Shown here one piece after another: positions 54,471 to 64,000 of a stretch of 64,000 bases of DNA. This DNA comes from Candidatus Caenarcanales bacterium (GTDB lineage: Bacteria; Cyanobacteriota; Vampirovibrionia; Caenarcaniphilales; Caenarcanaceae), in the NCBI GenBank assembly GCA_041737745.1, contig JBGSRC010000007.1:92678-156677 (forward strand), read 5' to 3'. The position numbers were made by a program, and so were the translations under genes. Position 1 is the first letter of the stretch; each line of letters opens with the position of its first letter. The notes beneath the pieces are model-generated. The model was not told where the DNA came from and made no database searches. It saw only the letters and a list, made by a program, of their open reading frames with translations.

Positions 54471-54541
54471 GTTGGATGGTCGAGGCTACCCTTCCAACGT
54501 TAAATGGTAGGTGATTAGACCTCTTTTAGATCGATTTATTA

Positions 54542-55018
54542 TTATTTGCATACGAAAAGCAAAAGTCCTGGATGATCACTTGGACGCTCGCCAAGAGGCC
54601 AGTGAAAGCGGCGATCCACCGCGTTGATTGCAACATCATTAATACTAGCTTCGCGACGCGACATAAAGCCGTTAGTGGAAAATTCCCACTGTTCATTACC
54701 ATATGACCGCCACCACTGACCAGTATCATCATGCCACTCATATTGAAATCGCACCGCAATATGATTCTCATGGAAGGCCCATAGTTCTTTAATAAGTCGA
54801 TAATCCGACTCTTCCTGCCATTTCTGAGTAAGAAATCCGATTATCGCTTCACGCCCTTGTAGGAACTCACTACGATTGCGCCATTGACTGTCAGGCGTGT
54901 AGGCAAGTGCGACACGCGAGGGATCGCGGTTGTTCCAGGCGTTCTCCGCTAGGCGGACTTTCTGCCTAGCAGTTTCAAGCGTAAACGGTGGAAGCGGGGA
55001 CCGAGCATTCTCAGACAT
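54542..55018 (-). CDS. DUF1348 (NTF2-like fold) family protein
   Basis: [23 protein letters not shown]...[16 protein letters not shown]...[10 protein letters not shown]...[10 protein letters not shown] matches the conserved DUF1348 block order. Confidence 0.7.
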   Translation of the reverse strand: MSENARSPLPPFTLETARQKVRLAENAWNNRDPSRVALAYTPDSQWRNRSEFLQGREAIIGFLTQKWQEESDYRLIKELWAFHENHIAVRFQYEWHDDTGQWWRSYGNEQWEFSTNGFMSRREASINDVAINAVDRRFHWPLGERPSDHPGLLLFVCK

Positions 55019-55122
55019 GTGATTTCGTCCTTTCTACGGATGCAGTGCGGGGTTTTCGTCTTTTCCATTAAACAAAATCTTTGGTTCCCATAACCACATA
55101 CGATCAGCCTCAGCTTTACTTG

Positions 55123-55644
55123 TTACCAATAGCCACGAACAGGCTTATTCATCTCAACCTGAGCCGGAGCAGCCATCATCATCGGTGCATTGCCCTGAGC
55201 CGGAATGGTGTTGTTGATCACAGTAACAGGTGCAGGCATCACCAAAAGATAAATAGGCTGTACAGGAGCTGGAGCAAGAGGGGCCTCAGCAAAGACTCGC
55301 TCAGCTGGAGCCCACTGAGGACAAGCACCCTGCATAACGCATGGATCATATACTGGTGCTTGAGCACAGCAATTAGAAGCTAAAGGATTGTAACGGTTTC
55401 CCTGAGCAACATAGCCAGTATTAGCGAAATTTCCGGCACAGGGAGAAGCCAAACCGCCGTCGCATTTCGGGGTGCGATCGAAGAAGAAGCCAAGCTTTAA
55501 CCCTATTTCTTTGTTGTCCATACAGCCGGTGAAAACATGATCTTTGTAAAGACCACCTTTTAGACCAAAACCGCCAGCCTGCGCGGCCGAAGAACCGATT
55601 AGCGCTATAGCGCAAAAAGCAAAACTAATTTTTTGAAGCATCAT
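55123..55644 (-). CDS. secreted cysteine-rich hypothetical protein
   Basis: Signal peptide MMLQKISFAFCAIALIGSSAAQA; eight Cys in the mature region; Ala/Pro/Met-rich C-terminus. Confidence 0.5.
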   Translation of the reverse strand: MMLQKISFAFCAIALIGSSAAQAGGFGLKGGLYKDHVFTGCMDNKEIGLKLGFFFDRTPKCDGGLASPCAGNFANTGYVAQGNRYNPLASNCCAQAPVYDPCVMQGACPQWAPAERVFAEAPLAPAPVQPIYLLVMPAPVTVINNTIPAQGNAPMMMAAPAQVEMNKPVRGYW

Positions 55645-55739
55645 CTACTTGTTATCCTCTCTGATATCTTGTTTCTAAATCTAGCTTTCCCGAGTACAGT
55701 CACTTTTACTTCGGGTAATCCAGCTTTACTCCATGGATT

Positions 55740-56687
55740 CTAGCAGGAAAGCTTCTCTTCTACCGCTATACGTTCTTCCATCTTGTCAAAAATAGCGTTG
55801 ACTTCAGCAAAAGTGCTGGCCCCATTCAGAGCCTCACGCAATACTTTTGCCCCCGCAAAACCACTAAAATAACGCGGAAAATGCCTCCGCATCGGCGGTA
55901 TCGCTTTATCACCCTCTTCTTCGCAAGCCAAACGCAAATGCTCCCGAGCAACAGAAATTCTCTCCCAAGAACTGGGAAGAGCTTCTGGAGACAGTCCCAG
56001 TAAAGCCAAAACAGCCTGCCGCAAAATCCATGGATTGCCGATAGCGGCCCTTGCGATCGCCACTCCCTCACAGCCGGTGACTTCAAGCGCTTGCAGGGCA
56101 TCTTCAGCTTGATTTATGTCGCCGTTTGCATAGACGGGCATCTCGAGACCAGCTCTGATCTCACGGATCGCCAACCAATCCGCTTGCCCCGAATAGAGCT
56201 GAGCGCGAGTGCGTCCATGGACGGTGATCGAGCTGAGGCCCATTTCCTGAAAACGCTTGGCTAAATCGAGCGCATTGCAACTATCTGCGGCCCAGCCTAA
56301 ACGCATCTTCACGCTGACAGGGATTTTCACCGCCGCCAATACTTCTTGCACTATGCTCATCGCCAGTTCTGGTTCTTTGAGTAGGGCGGCGCCATCTTTA
56401 CTTTTCACAATTTTGGGTACGGGGCAACCCATGTTTATATCGATGCTAGCTGCTCCTGCTCTTTCTGCTTCGATCGCTGCCCGCGCCAAATAAGCCGGTT
56501 CATGCCCAAAGAGCTGAATCACCACTGAACCTACTTCTTCCGAATGCAATCTCATTCTTCTAGCTTGGCCTTGCTCGATCAATCCACGTCCAGAGATCAT
56601 CTCTGTAGATAGCTTTACTTCTGGCGCTAGATCTCCCAGTACATAGCGCACCAAACGCCGGAACGGTAGGTCAGTGACCCCAGCCAT
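55740..56687 (-). CDS. dusB: tRNA-dihydrouridine synthase (DusB-like), apparently lacking about 12-15 N-terminal residues
   Basis: MAGVTDLPFRRL...IDINMGCPVPKIVKSKDGAALL. There is an in-frame stop 19 codons upstream and no alternative start, so the protein begins inside the conserved PMAGVTD motif. Confidence 0.8.
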   Translation of the reverse strand: MAGVTDLPFRRLVRYVLGDLAPEVKLSTEMISGRGLIEQGQARRMRLHSEEVGSVVIQLFGHEPAYLARAAIEAERAGAASIDINMGCPVPKIVKSKDGAALLKEPELAMSIVQEVLAAVKIPVSVKMRLGWAADSCNALDLAKRFQEMGLSSITVHGRTRAQLYSGQADWLAIREIRAGLEMPVYANGDINQAEDALQALEVTGCEGVAIARAAIGNPWILRQAVLALLGLSPEALPSSWERISVAREHLRLACEEEGDKAIPPMRRHFPRYFSGFAGAKVLREALNGASTFAEVNAIFDKMEERIAVEEKLSC

Positions 56688-56799
56688 GGGTGGGAGATAG
56701 ACTTTGGGTAGAGTTTTTGTTTGGTTTTTCAGTGGTTTTCCCTATAGTGCGATTAGTCTATGCTCTTTGCGCCCAATATTAATATCAAGAGATAAATTT

Positions 56800-57735
56800 A
56801 TGTTTGGCGCTTTTCTAGACTCCATAAATAGTACAGTATCGCTCACCGAGGCTCTAGAGCAAAGCCAAGACGTGCTTTCCAACGCCTACACGCCCGGTTA
56901 CCAACAATCAAGACCGAAACTAGCTTTCTCGGACTTTGGGGTTTTGCTGGGAGAGCCGGAGAAAGTGGATTCCGGCAATTCGCTAATTTTTTATCGTGGG
57001 GAAAAAGTGACTAAGCTGGCTATCGATAGAGACTTTCCCCAAGTTCATTTTCTAGTGCGCAATGGCAAGTCCGAATATCTGACACGTCTGGGTGATTTCA
57101 CTTATACTCGTCGTCAGCGATCGAGTGAGACCTACATTGGGCAGCCCTTAGAGGAGAGGACTTATCTCAGTACCAGAGAGGGGTTTCCGGTTTTAGGCTA
57201 TCCGGTCGGGCGCGGTCCATACAAACAAGAGAAGCGCTACAAAGATCCACTGAGTACTAGTGATCCGGTTATTTTGGGCGAATCTCCGATTCAAAATCCC
57301 GCTAAAGATATAGGCAAAAACGAACCGCTTCAGCTGGGGCCACTAGTGCCAATTGATCTTACCCGTGGCGCCAATGGTCTCTATCTCGATCGTTACGAGA
57401 AGCTGGAGACTAACAAAGAAGGAATAATTATGGGTCTCCGGAAGGGCCTGTGGGTTCCTCTCTATCAAGTAGCTATGGTCTCTGTCCCCAATCCGGCTGG
57501 TTTAGCTCGGGTAGACAATACTGCTTATAGGTTGGAAAACGAGAATAGTGGACTCCGTCAGGCTGCGCCGAACAATGTCAGGGTTCGCGCTGAGAATCTT
57601 GAGAAGAGCAATATCAATGTCAAGCTTGCTTCGTTTGATTATAAGAAGCTGAGGACAAATCTTTCTTTGGCGTTTAATTTGCAGAAGTCCAATGCGCAGT
57701 TAATGCAGCAGTTCTCGCAGCTCTTACAGGGCTAA
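56800..57735 (+). CDS. flagellar basal-body rod/hook family protein (FlgF/FlgG-like), solitary
   Basis: N-terminal rod motif SNAYTPGYQQSRP (compare ANNLANVNTPGFK) and C-terminal ENLEKSNINV...LMQQFSQLL (compare FlgG GALEMSNVNV). Start set at MFGAFLDS (56800). Confidence 0.55.
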   Translation: MFGAFLDSINSTVSLTEALEQSQDVLSNAYTPGYQQSRPKLAFSDFGVLLGEPEKVDSGNSLIFYRGEKVTKLAIDRDFPQVHFLVRNGKSEYLTRLGDFTYTRRQRSSETYIGQPLEERTYLSTREGFPVLGYPVGRGPYKQEKRYKDPLSTSDPVILGESPIQNPAKDIGKNEPLQLGPLVPIDLTRGANGLYLDRYEKLETNKEGIIMGLRKGLWVPLYQVAMVSVPNPAGLARVDNTAYRLENENSGLRQAAPNNVRVRAENLEKSNINVKLASFDYKKLRTNLSLAFNLQKSNAQLMQQFSQLLQG

Positions 57736-57774
57736 CAAGAACCCAAAGTGAGTAAGAGAGTTTTGTTTTCACTG

Positions 57775-57898
57775 TAGGTTAGGAAAGTTTATTTCCTTGA
57801 GGGCTGGCGCCCTCAAACTCCCCCAAGCTCAGCTTGAGGAAAAGTGAAAGACATTCCAAGAATCAAATCAATGCCATGCACCCAGTTGGGTAAAGCTC
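57775..57898. repeat. composite intergenic repeat region (GAGGGCTGGCGCCCTCAAACTCCCCC hairpin, AAGCTCAGCTTGAGG, CACCCAGTTGGGTAAAGCTCC)
   Basis: Modules shared with 13969, 31690 and 63150. Confidence 0.6.
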
Positions 57899-58627
57899 CT
57901 AAAAGACATCTCTAAGCTCAGTCTCTTCGATAGAACAAAAAATCAAAGCTAAATACGGATCAAAATGCGAAGCAGCACACTTCTCAATCTCCAAAATAGC
58001 CTCACGGTGAGTCCGCTGATAAGGTGGATAAGGCCGAAAATTAGTCATAGCATCATAAGCATCAGCCAAACAAATCACCCGACCAGTAACAGGAATATCT
58101 AAACCCTTCAAACCATTAGGGTAGCCCCTACCATCCCAGCGCTCATGATGAAAACGAACTGGATCGACATAAGCCTGTAACTCAGGATAGTCAGCTAACA
58201 AATCCACCCCGAATTCTACATGCTTTTTCATAAGATCAAACTCTTCTGTGGTGAGCTTGCCCGGCTTGTCAAGGATCTGTGCAGGAATTAAAATTTTTCC
58301 GACATCGTGAATCCAGCCCCCATACAGGCACTCAAGCCGTTCAGAAAAACTTAAGCCAGCAGTCTTAGCTATCAAAGCGCCAATCCGACCAACCCGCCCG
58401 AGATGCAAACCCATCGGGAAACTATGCTCGCCAGTCCTAGAGATCAAAGCATGAATGCGGTCAAGACAATGCGAAGCTCTCTTCTGGAGAGCAGGCTGAG
58501 CGGCAAAGCCTGCCCAGATTTCAGCTAGAAAATGCTGACTGGCCGGATGCGCTAAAAGTGGCGGTATAGCTTCTCTCGAAGAACCATTAAGCAAACTCTG
58601 AGTATTGGTGGAGGAGTTTTCAGACAC
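57899..58627 (-). CDS. HD-GYP domain protein (putative c-di-GMP phosphodiesterase), stand-alone
   Basis: HD metal-binding motif (IHDVGKILIP) and GYP motif (HHERWDGRGYPNGL); no receiver domain. Confidence 0.75.
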   Translation of the reverse strand: MSENSSTNTQSLLNGSSREAIPPLLAHPASQHFLAEIWAGFAAQPALQKRASHCLDRIHALISRTGEHSFPMGLHLGRVGRIGALIAKTAGLSFSERLECLYGGWIHDVGKILIPAQILDKPGKLTTEEFDLMKKHVEFGVDLLADYPELQAYVDPVRFHHERWDGRGYPNGLKGLDIPVTGRVICLADAYDAMTNFRPYPPYQRTHREAILEIEKCAASHFDPYLALIFCSIEETELRDVF

Positions 58628-58683
58628 AGTAATAAATCAACTTTTATGTACTCGTATTCAATTCCCCAAAAACAGGGAAGCTA

Positions 58684-59841
58684 CTAAGGCATGACCCCAG
58701 TTTCAATCCAAGCACCACCAATGATCCCCGAATAGTCTAAATCGTAAAGCACAACGGCCTGTCCAGGGGAAAGGCTCATCTGAGGCTCAGCGAAGTGCAC
58801 TAAGAAAGATTTGCCTTCGCCTATCACTCTCACCGTAGCCAGCGCTGGGGGGGAATTGTAGCGGTATTTGACTTGAGCCTGAAATTCCTCAGCCACCACT
58901 TGTTGCTGCCAAACTGCTCCGCTCGCTTTTAGTCCCGGTGCCAGTAGCTCAGATTTGCCACCGACATAGACGATGTTTTTGATCGGATCGAGTTCGACAA
59001 CATAAAGAGGCTCTTCAGAGGAAAGGCCTATACCCTTTCTTTGACCGACTGTAAAAAAATGTGTTCCCGTATGCTCGCCCAGCAGAGCCCCACCGCTCTT
59101 TGCCCTGATCTCGCCGGTCTTCTCGCCGAGCTTCTCGCGCAGATAAGTGCTGGTTTTATTGGGGACAAAACAGATATCTTGGCTTTCTTCCTTGTCCCAG
59201 ACCGCCAAACCAAAAGCTTGTGCTAGCTCGCGGATTTCTGTTTTAGTGAAATTCGCCAGCGGAAAGACAGTGTGGGCAAGCTGTTTTTGGTTGAGACCCC
59301 AAAGCATATAAGACTGATCTTTGCTTTCGTCGCTAGGGCGAGCAACATGAAGCTTATCGTTGGGAGAGGAGTTCAGGCGAGCATAGTGCCCACTGGCCAG
59401 ATGACTACAACCCAAAGTCTCAATGTAGCTGAGCAAAGATCCCCATTTGATCTCAGTGTTGCAGGGCATGCAGGGGACAGGAGTCAGACCACGACTATAA
59501 GAAGAGACAAAAGGCTCAATGATCTTGCGAGCAAAGAGCTCCCGCAAATCGAGCGATTGGTGTTCAATGCCGAGGCTTTCAGCCGAATAGGCTGAGTCGA
59601 GCATGCCACCATCACAGCATTTCCCCGATCCCTCCATCAGCCAAGCTGTCACTCCAAGCGTTTCGTAGCCGAGGGCTTTGATCAGGGCAGCCGCCACACT
59701 GCTATCGACGCCACCGCTCATCGCCACGGCTATCCGAGAGCCTTGTTTGGGCAATAGATTGTTTTCGGCAACTTTGCTCAGGGCTTTTTGAATGACTGGC
59801 GAGTTGATAGTTTTGGGTTGCGAAGTTTCTGTGCTTTTCAT
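58684..59841 (-). CDS. mnmA: tRNA-specific 2-thiouridylase MnmA
   Basis: PP-loop SGGVDSSVAA and the catalytic Cys regions. Confidence 0.9.
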   Translation of the reverse strand: MKSTETSQPKTINSPVIQKALSKVAENNLLPKQGSRIAVAMSGGVDSSVAAALIKALGYETLGVTAWLMEGSGKCCDGGMLDSAYSAESLGIEHQSLDLRELFARKIIEPFVSSYSRGLTPVPCMPCNTEIKWGSLLSYIETLGCSHLASGHYARLNSSPNDKLHVARPSDESKDQSYMLWGLNQKQLAHTVFPLANFTKTEIRELAQAFGLAVWDKEESQDICFVPNKTSTYLREKLGEKTGEIRAKSGGALLGEHTGTHFFTVGQRKGIGLSSEEPLYVVELDPIKNIVYVGGKSELLAPGLKASGAVWQQQVVAEEFQAQVKYRYNSPPALATVRVIGEGKSFLVHFAEPQMSLSPGQAVVLYDLDYSGIIGGAWIETGVMP

Positions 59842-59958
59842 GAAAAATAATGCTTTATATATACAATCATAGCTTAGAGAAAATACGGGTTTTAGGCTAC
59901 ATTAGAGGCGGCCTCCATGTTACTTTTCTTTTGTTGAAGTTTTCTCGACAGTAAAAAA

Positions 59959-61419
59959 GTGCCAATTCAAGAAATCTCTCCTGCAAGCACTAAGAGCCAG
60001 TTTCTGGGTCCTTACCAAAGGATCCAAATTTGCTCGGATATCCAAGACACTGCACCACCGGTCAGCATAGCTTTTCGGAATCATTATCGTGGTGAGCTGA
60101 GTGGGCTAGTAGACATTGCTTTAGAGAAAAATAGTACTTTGCCGGAATTGTATGAACTTGTCTCTGAGTTCAAAGGGACTATTTTGCGAGCGCGAGACGG
60201 AGGGCATTTTCATCATGCAGTGCTGTTGGCTAAAGAGCTCAGTAAGGCCTTCAAGGAGATTTCAGAGCGCTGTGAGAAGCCAGACTTTCAAATATCTTTT
60301 AGCAAGCTGGCCAAAGATTGTACAAACATGCTCGGGGCTATCTACTTTCCTCCTCTCTATCATCAGTTGACCAAGACTTTAGATCACTTAGGCCTTGATG
60401 GAAAAGAAGTGAGCTCCAAGACTATCTCTTCAGTTTTCACGCCGATCATCAAATCGTTCGGATTAGATCGAGTGCCAGTTGCTTCCCGCCAGACTTTGGC
60501 TCAATTGTTGGCAGAAAAGATAGATCTGAGTGTCGAAGGAAACGAAAATTCTTTTTTTGCTTTGCTCAGAACGCATGAAAGTCTGATCAAAAAAGCCGAT
60601 CAGGAAACTCAAAATTATCTTGACTCGGCCGGTGCTGATTTAAAGGTTCCTTCTTCAGAGGTAAGCCAAACCATCACTCCTCTTTTAAAGAGAAGGGCAG
60701 GCTCGTCTTTTCCTAAACTAGATATATTCAATCTTTATGTTGAAGAAAATCTAGCTGTAACCTCCTTCAATCTAGCAATGGGTTTAGAAGAAACGAGACT
60801 TAGGGATAAAAAAGGTCCCAACTTCCAAAAAAATCTTCTAGAAGTTCAGAGGCTAGCGAAACAAGGACAAACTCATGCCCTAAACGTTCTGGAGATCCTG
60901 AATCGATTGGAAAATGAAGAGCAGGCGACTTTAGAGTTAAAGTCTCTAGAAAAGCAAGTTGGAAAAATGTACTTCGCTTATCAGTTTTTAGCCGAATTTA
61001 CTCTTGATCCAGAAACAAGAAGAGAGACGAGAAGGGAGTTTAGTCGAATCAGAAAGGCTCTTTCTGGGGATTTGTTGAAAATACTAGAAAATCCAACTTT
61101 ATATGAACGGACAGTGCACATCTTTGCAAAAAACCCTTTTCATTTAGAAGCTAATTTTGTTTTACTTTTTGGAGATTGTTTGACTTGTATCTCAGACATA
61201 AGGGAATTGAAGTTGACCTTATCGAACTCTGAAAAAGCAAATGCCCTAATGTACGTCTATAAACTTTTGAGTGAGATAGACTCTTTGATAACGGCTTTGA
61301 ATAATGAGCAGCTCGTTACTTTTGAAATCAAAAAAGCAAAGGAACCGCAAAAAATAATTGAAGCTCTCGAGGAGCTAAAACAGGTTCTCGTTCAAGATGC
61401 CAAAGTTTTAAAAGCTTGA
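59959..61419 (+). CDS. large hypothetical alpha-helical protein, MPIQ N-terminus family (low-GC)
   Basis: GTG start giving MPIQEISPASTKSQ; no TM segment and no recognisable domains; 486 aa. Confidence 0.5.
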   Translation: MPIQEISPASTKSQFLGPYQRIQICSDIQDTAPPVSIAFRNHYRGELSGLVDIALEKNSTLPELYELVSEFKGTILRARDGGHFHHAVLLAKELSKAFKEISERCEKPDFQISFSKLAKDCTNMLGAIYFPPLYHQLTKTLDHLGLDGKEVSSKTISSVFTPIIKSFGLDRVPVASRQTLAQLLAEKIDLSVEGNENSFFALLRTHESLIKKADQETQNYLDSAGADLKVPSSEVSQTITPLLKRRAGSSFPKLDIFNLYVEENLAVTSFNLAMGLEETRLRDKKGPNFQKNLLEVQRLAKQGQTHALNVLEILNRLENEEQATLELKSLEKQVGKMYFAYQFLAEFTLDPETRRETRREFSRIRKALSGDLLKILENPTLYERTVHIFAKNPFHLEANFVLLFGDCLTCISDIRELKLTLSNSEKANALMYVYKLLSEIDSLITALNNEQLVTFEIKKAKEPQKIIEALEELKQVLVQDAKVLKA

Positions 61420-61439
61420 TTTTTGCGAAAATACATTCA

Positions 61440-61859
61440 TCAGGCATTCACGATCACGTAAAGCCTAGGTCTTTCTTTGATTTTCACTGTTACGCGCAGT
61501 GATTCGCGTTCTCGGCGTTGCAGCTCTGGTGGTCTCTCTTGGGCTGTGATTTCCCAAGGATTATGGAGGCTATTTTCGGGGTTATAGCGGATCAGATCTT
61601 CTAGTCTTTGGCGATTTAGTTGGCTTTCTTCGGCGGTGATTGTTTCTGGATTTTCTTTTGTTTTATTTGTTTGTTCGTCGTTTTGGTCTTGGCTATGATA
61701 GTGATTGCCGTTGTTGCCTTGGCCCATTTGGCCGAGCTTGATTGCTGCGCTGCGGGGGCGTTGGAAGTTTTGGCTGAGCATTTCTTGGCTGAGCTGGGGG
61801 TTTTGGTTACTGAAGGCTGGGTTGAAGTATTCCATATTATTTTTTTCTCTCCATTTCAA
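61440..61859 (-). CDS. hypothetical Gln/Asn/Glu-rich disordered protein
   Basis: Its start overlaps the stop of the upstream small ORF (ATGA). Confidence 0.35.
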   Translation of the reverse strand: MKWREKNNMEYFNPAFSNQNPQLSQEMLSQNFQRPRSAAIKLGQMGQGNNGNHYHSQDQNDEQTNKTKENPETITAEESQLNRQRLEDLIRYNPENSLHNPWEITAQERPPELQRRERESLRVTVKIKERPRLYVIVNA

Positions 61860-62125
61860 CCGAGGTTGTCGACTATAGTCCCGAGTGGATCTTTTAATGC
61901 GCCTACTCCTACAGAGACAATGCCTCCTGCTCTTTCAAGCGTTTTATTTTCAGTTACTTTCCCAAAGGACTTGGCGGCTCTGGAGGCATGCATTCCTCCT
62001 TTTAGAATGTTTCCGGTCATCACTGCTCCGGCTGCGCGGGCAGAATGATAGGCTGTTTTAGCGCATTGCAGGGGTTTATTGACTGTGGGAGGCTGCTCCA
62101 CCGCATACATTTTTGTGGCTGTCAT
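61856..62125 (-). CDS. small hypothetical protein (89 aa)
   Basis: Ala/Gly-rich; co-operonic with 61440..61859. Confidence 0.35.
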   Translation of the reverse strand: MTATKMYAVEQPPTVNKPLQCAKTAYHSARAAGAVMTGNILKGGMHASRAAKSFGKVTENKTLERAGGIVSVGVGALKDPLGTIVDNLG

Positions 62126-62235
62126 AATTATAAATTAAAAAAATAAGATATTAAAGATTACAGCTCTAGAAGTGAGAATACTTTCGCTTTTGAACTGACT
62201 ATGAGTTTTTTTTAAGATCACTGTAGGATAAAGGT

Positions 62236-62270
62236 TTTTTCAATGGGGGCGCTAGCCCAACCCCCTCTCC
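62236..62270. repeat. intergenic repeat module (GGGGGCGCTAGCCCAACCCCC)
   Basis: Same family as 2325; lies within the spurious N-terminal extension of the pirin ORF. Confidence 0.55.
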
Positions 62271-62338
62271 CTGACCAAAAGGCAGCCTCGAGCCCCACTC
62301 TTGCTAAAATCGAAAAAGTTCTTAAAAACAAAACCAAA

Positions 62339-63046
62339 ATGCTGAAATTAAGAAAATCAGAAGAACGTGGTCTGGCAAAAATCAGTTGGTTAAATTCCCA
62401 ACACACTTTTTCCTTCGGTCATTATCACGATCCGGAACATGTCGGTTTTCGCAGTCTAAAAGTGATCAATGAAGATAAAGTGACTCCCGGTGCCGGTTTT
62501 GGCCAACATGGTCACGAAAATATGGAGATCATCTCCTATGTTCTGGATGGAGTACTCGCTCATCAGGATTCCACCGGAACCAAAGGTATTATCAAGCCCG
62601 GTGAAATTCAACGGATGAGCGCTGGGGCAGGCATAGAGCACAGCGAAATGAATGCCAGTGAAATTGAGCCCGTTCATTTTTTGCAAATCTGGATTACTCC
62701 CGATCAGATGGGGATAAAACCTAGCTATGAGCAGGTTTCCATGCCATCTATAGTTTCGCCAGCTCAAATTGACTTGATCGCAGGGCCTAATGTTCAAGAA
62801 GGTGCGGTAAAGCTTCATGCCGATGTCAGTCTCTATAGAGTGATGCTGCAGCCAGGGGCGACCATCGATTTAGCTCTCAATTCTGACCGTCGTCATGCTT
62901 GGGTGCAGGTGGCGCGCGGCAGTGCTTTTGTCCAGAACCAAATAAAGGTTGGCGCAGGCGATGGATTGGCTATTAGTGGTGAAAATCTCTTATCTTTCCT
63001 GGGAGCTGATGAGCCTGCTGAGTTGTTGATTTTCGATTTATATTAA
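62339..63046 (+). CDS. pirin-family cupin protein
   Basis: HTFSFGHYHDPEHVGFRSL...GFGQHGHENMEIISYVLDG. Start set at MLKLRK (62339). Confidence 0.8.
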   Translation: MLKLRKSEERGLAKISWLNSQHTFSFGHYHDPEHVGFRSLKVINEDKVTPGAGFGQHGHENMEIISYVLDGVLAHQDSTGTKGIIKPGEIQRMSAGAGIEHSEMNASEIEPVHFLQIWITPDQMGIKPSYEQVSMPSIVSPAQIDLIAGPNVQEGAVKLHADVSLYRVMLQPGATIDLALNSDRRHAWVQVARGSAFVQNQIKVGAGDGLAISGENLLSFLGADEPAELLIFDLY

Positions 63047-63140
63047 ATATTTCACCTAGTCCCTCCTACTGAGAAGAAGAGAGACCCCAGCTACCCTGAA
63101 GAAGCCAAGCAAGCAAATAAAACTAGAAGTGAATCCAGAG

Positions 63141-63180
63141 CAATGTGCCGCTCCAAATTGGATGAAGCTCAGGCTTGAAG
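63141..63180. repeat. intergenic element CAATGTGCCGCTCCAAATTGGATGAAGCTCAGGCTTGAAG (same architecture as 31748-31784)
   Basis: Shares CAATGT..C..CCAA(A)TTGGAT.AAGCTCAG(C)TT with the aroQ-downstream and fliR-downstream elements. Confidence 0.6.
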
Positions 63181-63194
63181 CTAAAATAAATAAA

Positions 63195-64000
63195 ATGCAA
63201 GCCATAGAACCCTTTTTTCTCACCACCCCTCTCTACTACGTCAATGCCCAACCCCACCTAGGTAGCGCCTACACCACAATAGCCGCTGACGCAATAGCCC
63301 GCTTTCATAGACTATTGGGCGACAAGGTGATCTTGCTCACCGGTGTAGACGAACATGGCGGCAAGATCGAAGCCACAGCCAAAACCAGAGAACTAAACCC
63401 CCAAGAGCACTGTGACGAAATCACCCAGAGCTTTCTCACCCTCTGGCAAGATCTAAAGATCTCCTACAATTTTTTTAGTCGCACCACCAACCCTAAACAC
63501 AAACAAAAAGTCCAAGCCTTCTTCCAAAAAGTCCAAGCCAAAGGCGATATCTATGAAGCCGACTACAAAGGACTCTATTGTCTCGCTTGCGAAGATTTCA
63601 AGAGCGAAAGAGAACTGCTAGAGGGCAAACTCTGCTCCACGCACCTCACCCCAGTCCAAGAATATGCCGAGACAAATCTTTTCTTTGCCCTTAGCAAATA
63701 CACTGAACCGTTAAAAACTTTCTTTAGGGAAAACCCCGACTTCGTCAAGCCCGCTTTTAGGAAACACGAAATAGAAGCGTTGCTGGCCGAAGGCCTCCGT
63801 GACTTCCCCATCAGCCGACGTGGTGTCAAGTGGGGCATAGAAGTCCCAGATAAGCCAGAACAGACTATTTATGTGTGGTTTGACGCGTTGTTGGGCTATT
63901 TGTCGCCGTTTTCTGATGAAGACAATCCAAGAGCTTCATTGCACCTGATCGGCAAAGACATCTTGCGTTTTCATGCGCTCTATTGGCCGGCTATGCTGAT
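63195..64000 (+). CDS. metG: methionyl-tRNA synthetase (3'-truncated by the window end)
   Basis: Class I HIGH motif region (PLYYVNAQPHLGSAYTT) and zinc knuckle CxxC...C (CLACEDFKSE...C). Confidence 0.9.
   Translation, partial: MQAIEPFFLTTPLYYVNAQPHLGSAYTTIAADAIARFHRLLGDKVILLTGVDEHGGKIEATAKTRELNPQEHCDEITQSFLTLWQDLKISYNFFSRTTNPKHKQKVQAFFQKVQAKGDIYEADYKGLYCLACEDFKSERELLEGKLCSTHLTPVQEYAETNLFFALSKYTEPLKTFFRENPDFVKPAFRKHEIEALLAEGLRDFPISRRGVKWGIEVPDKPEQTIYVWFDALLGYLSPFSDEDNPRASLHLIGKDILRFHALYWPAML

Noticed and set aside
62243-62338. N-terminal extension of the pirin ORF
   Set aside because: It contains an intergenic repeat module (GGGGGCGCTAGCCC). Pirin homology begins at the Met at 62339.

Overview
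This 64 kb window looks like a compact, gene-dense chromosomal segment (about 50% GC, roughly 90% coding) from a Gram-negative bacterium that I cannot assign to a taxon from sequence alone. Most of it is recognisable housekeeping genes: asd, hemC, upp, leuA, nrdBA, trpB, pstCA, rpsD-rpmH-rnpA, murJ, aroQ, a tyrosine recombinase, rpsA, pabB-folB-pdxJ, tig, cdsA, fabH, dapF, recR, dusB, mnmA and metG, plus envelope genes (two GT9 heptosyltransferases, a GT2–LpxK fusion, an O-antigen-ligase-like gene and an ECF sigma/anti-sigma pair). Four things stand out beyond that.

First, a family of modular, hairpin-forming intergenic repeats occurs at a dozen or more loci. One sub-module sits right at stop codons.

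Second, four AT-richer hypothetical genes share an MPIQ/MPIN/MKIQ N-terminus and the same 5'-end nucleotide motif, which makes them candidate secreted effectors.

Third, three divergent gene pairs have start codons that overlap or lie within 40 nt; two of them literally share the tetranucleotide CATG.

Fourth, orphan flagellar/type III export-related genes are scattered through the window: a FliR/SctT homologue and a flagellar rod-family gene, with a stand-alone HD-GYP gene nearby.

Other points worth a second look are murJ interrupted at a T9 homopolymer, a large repeat-rich surface protein with 24-bp and 33-bp in-frame tandem repeats, a GT2–LpxK fusion co-operonic with an ECF sigma factor and an unusual four-repeat anti-sigma candidate, and a radical-SAM/EndoIII-like gene pair. 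I found no rRNA, tRNA or CRISPR array.
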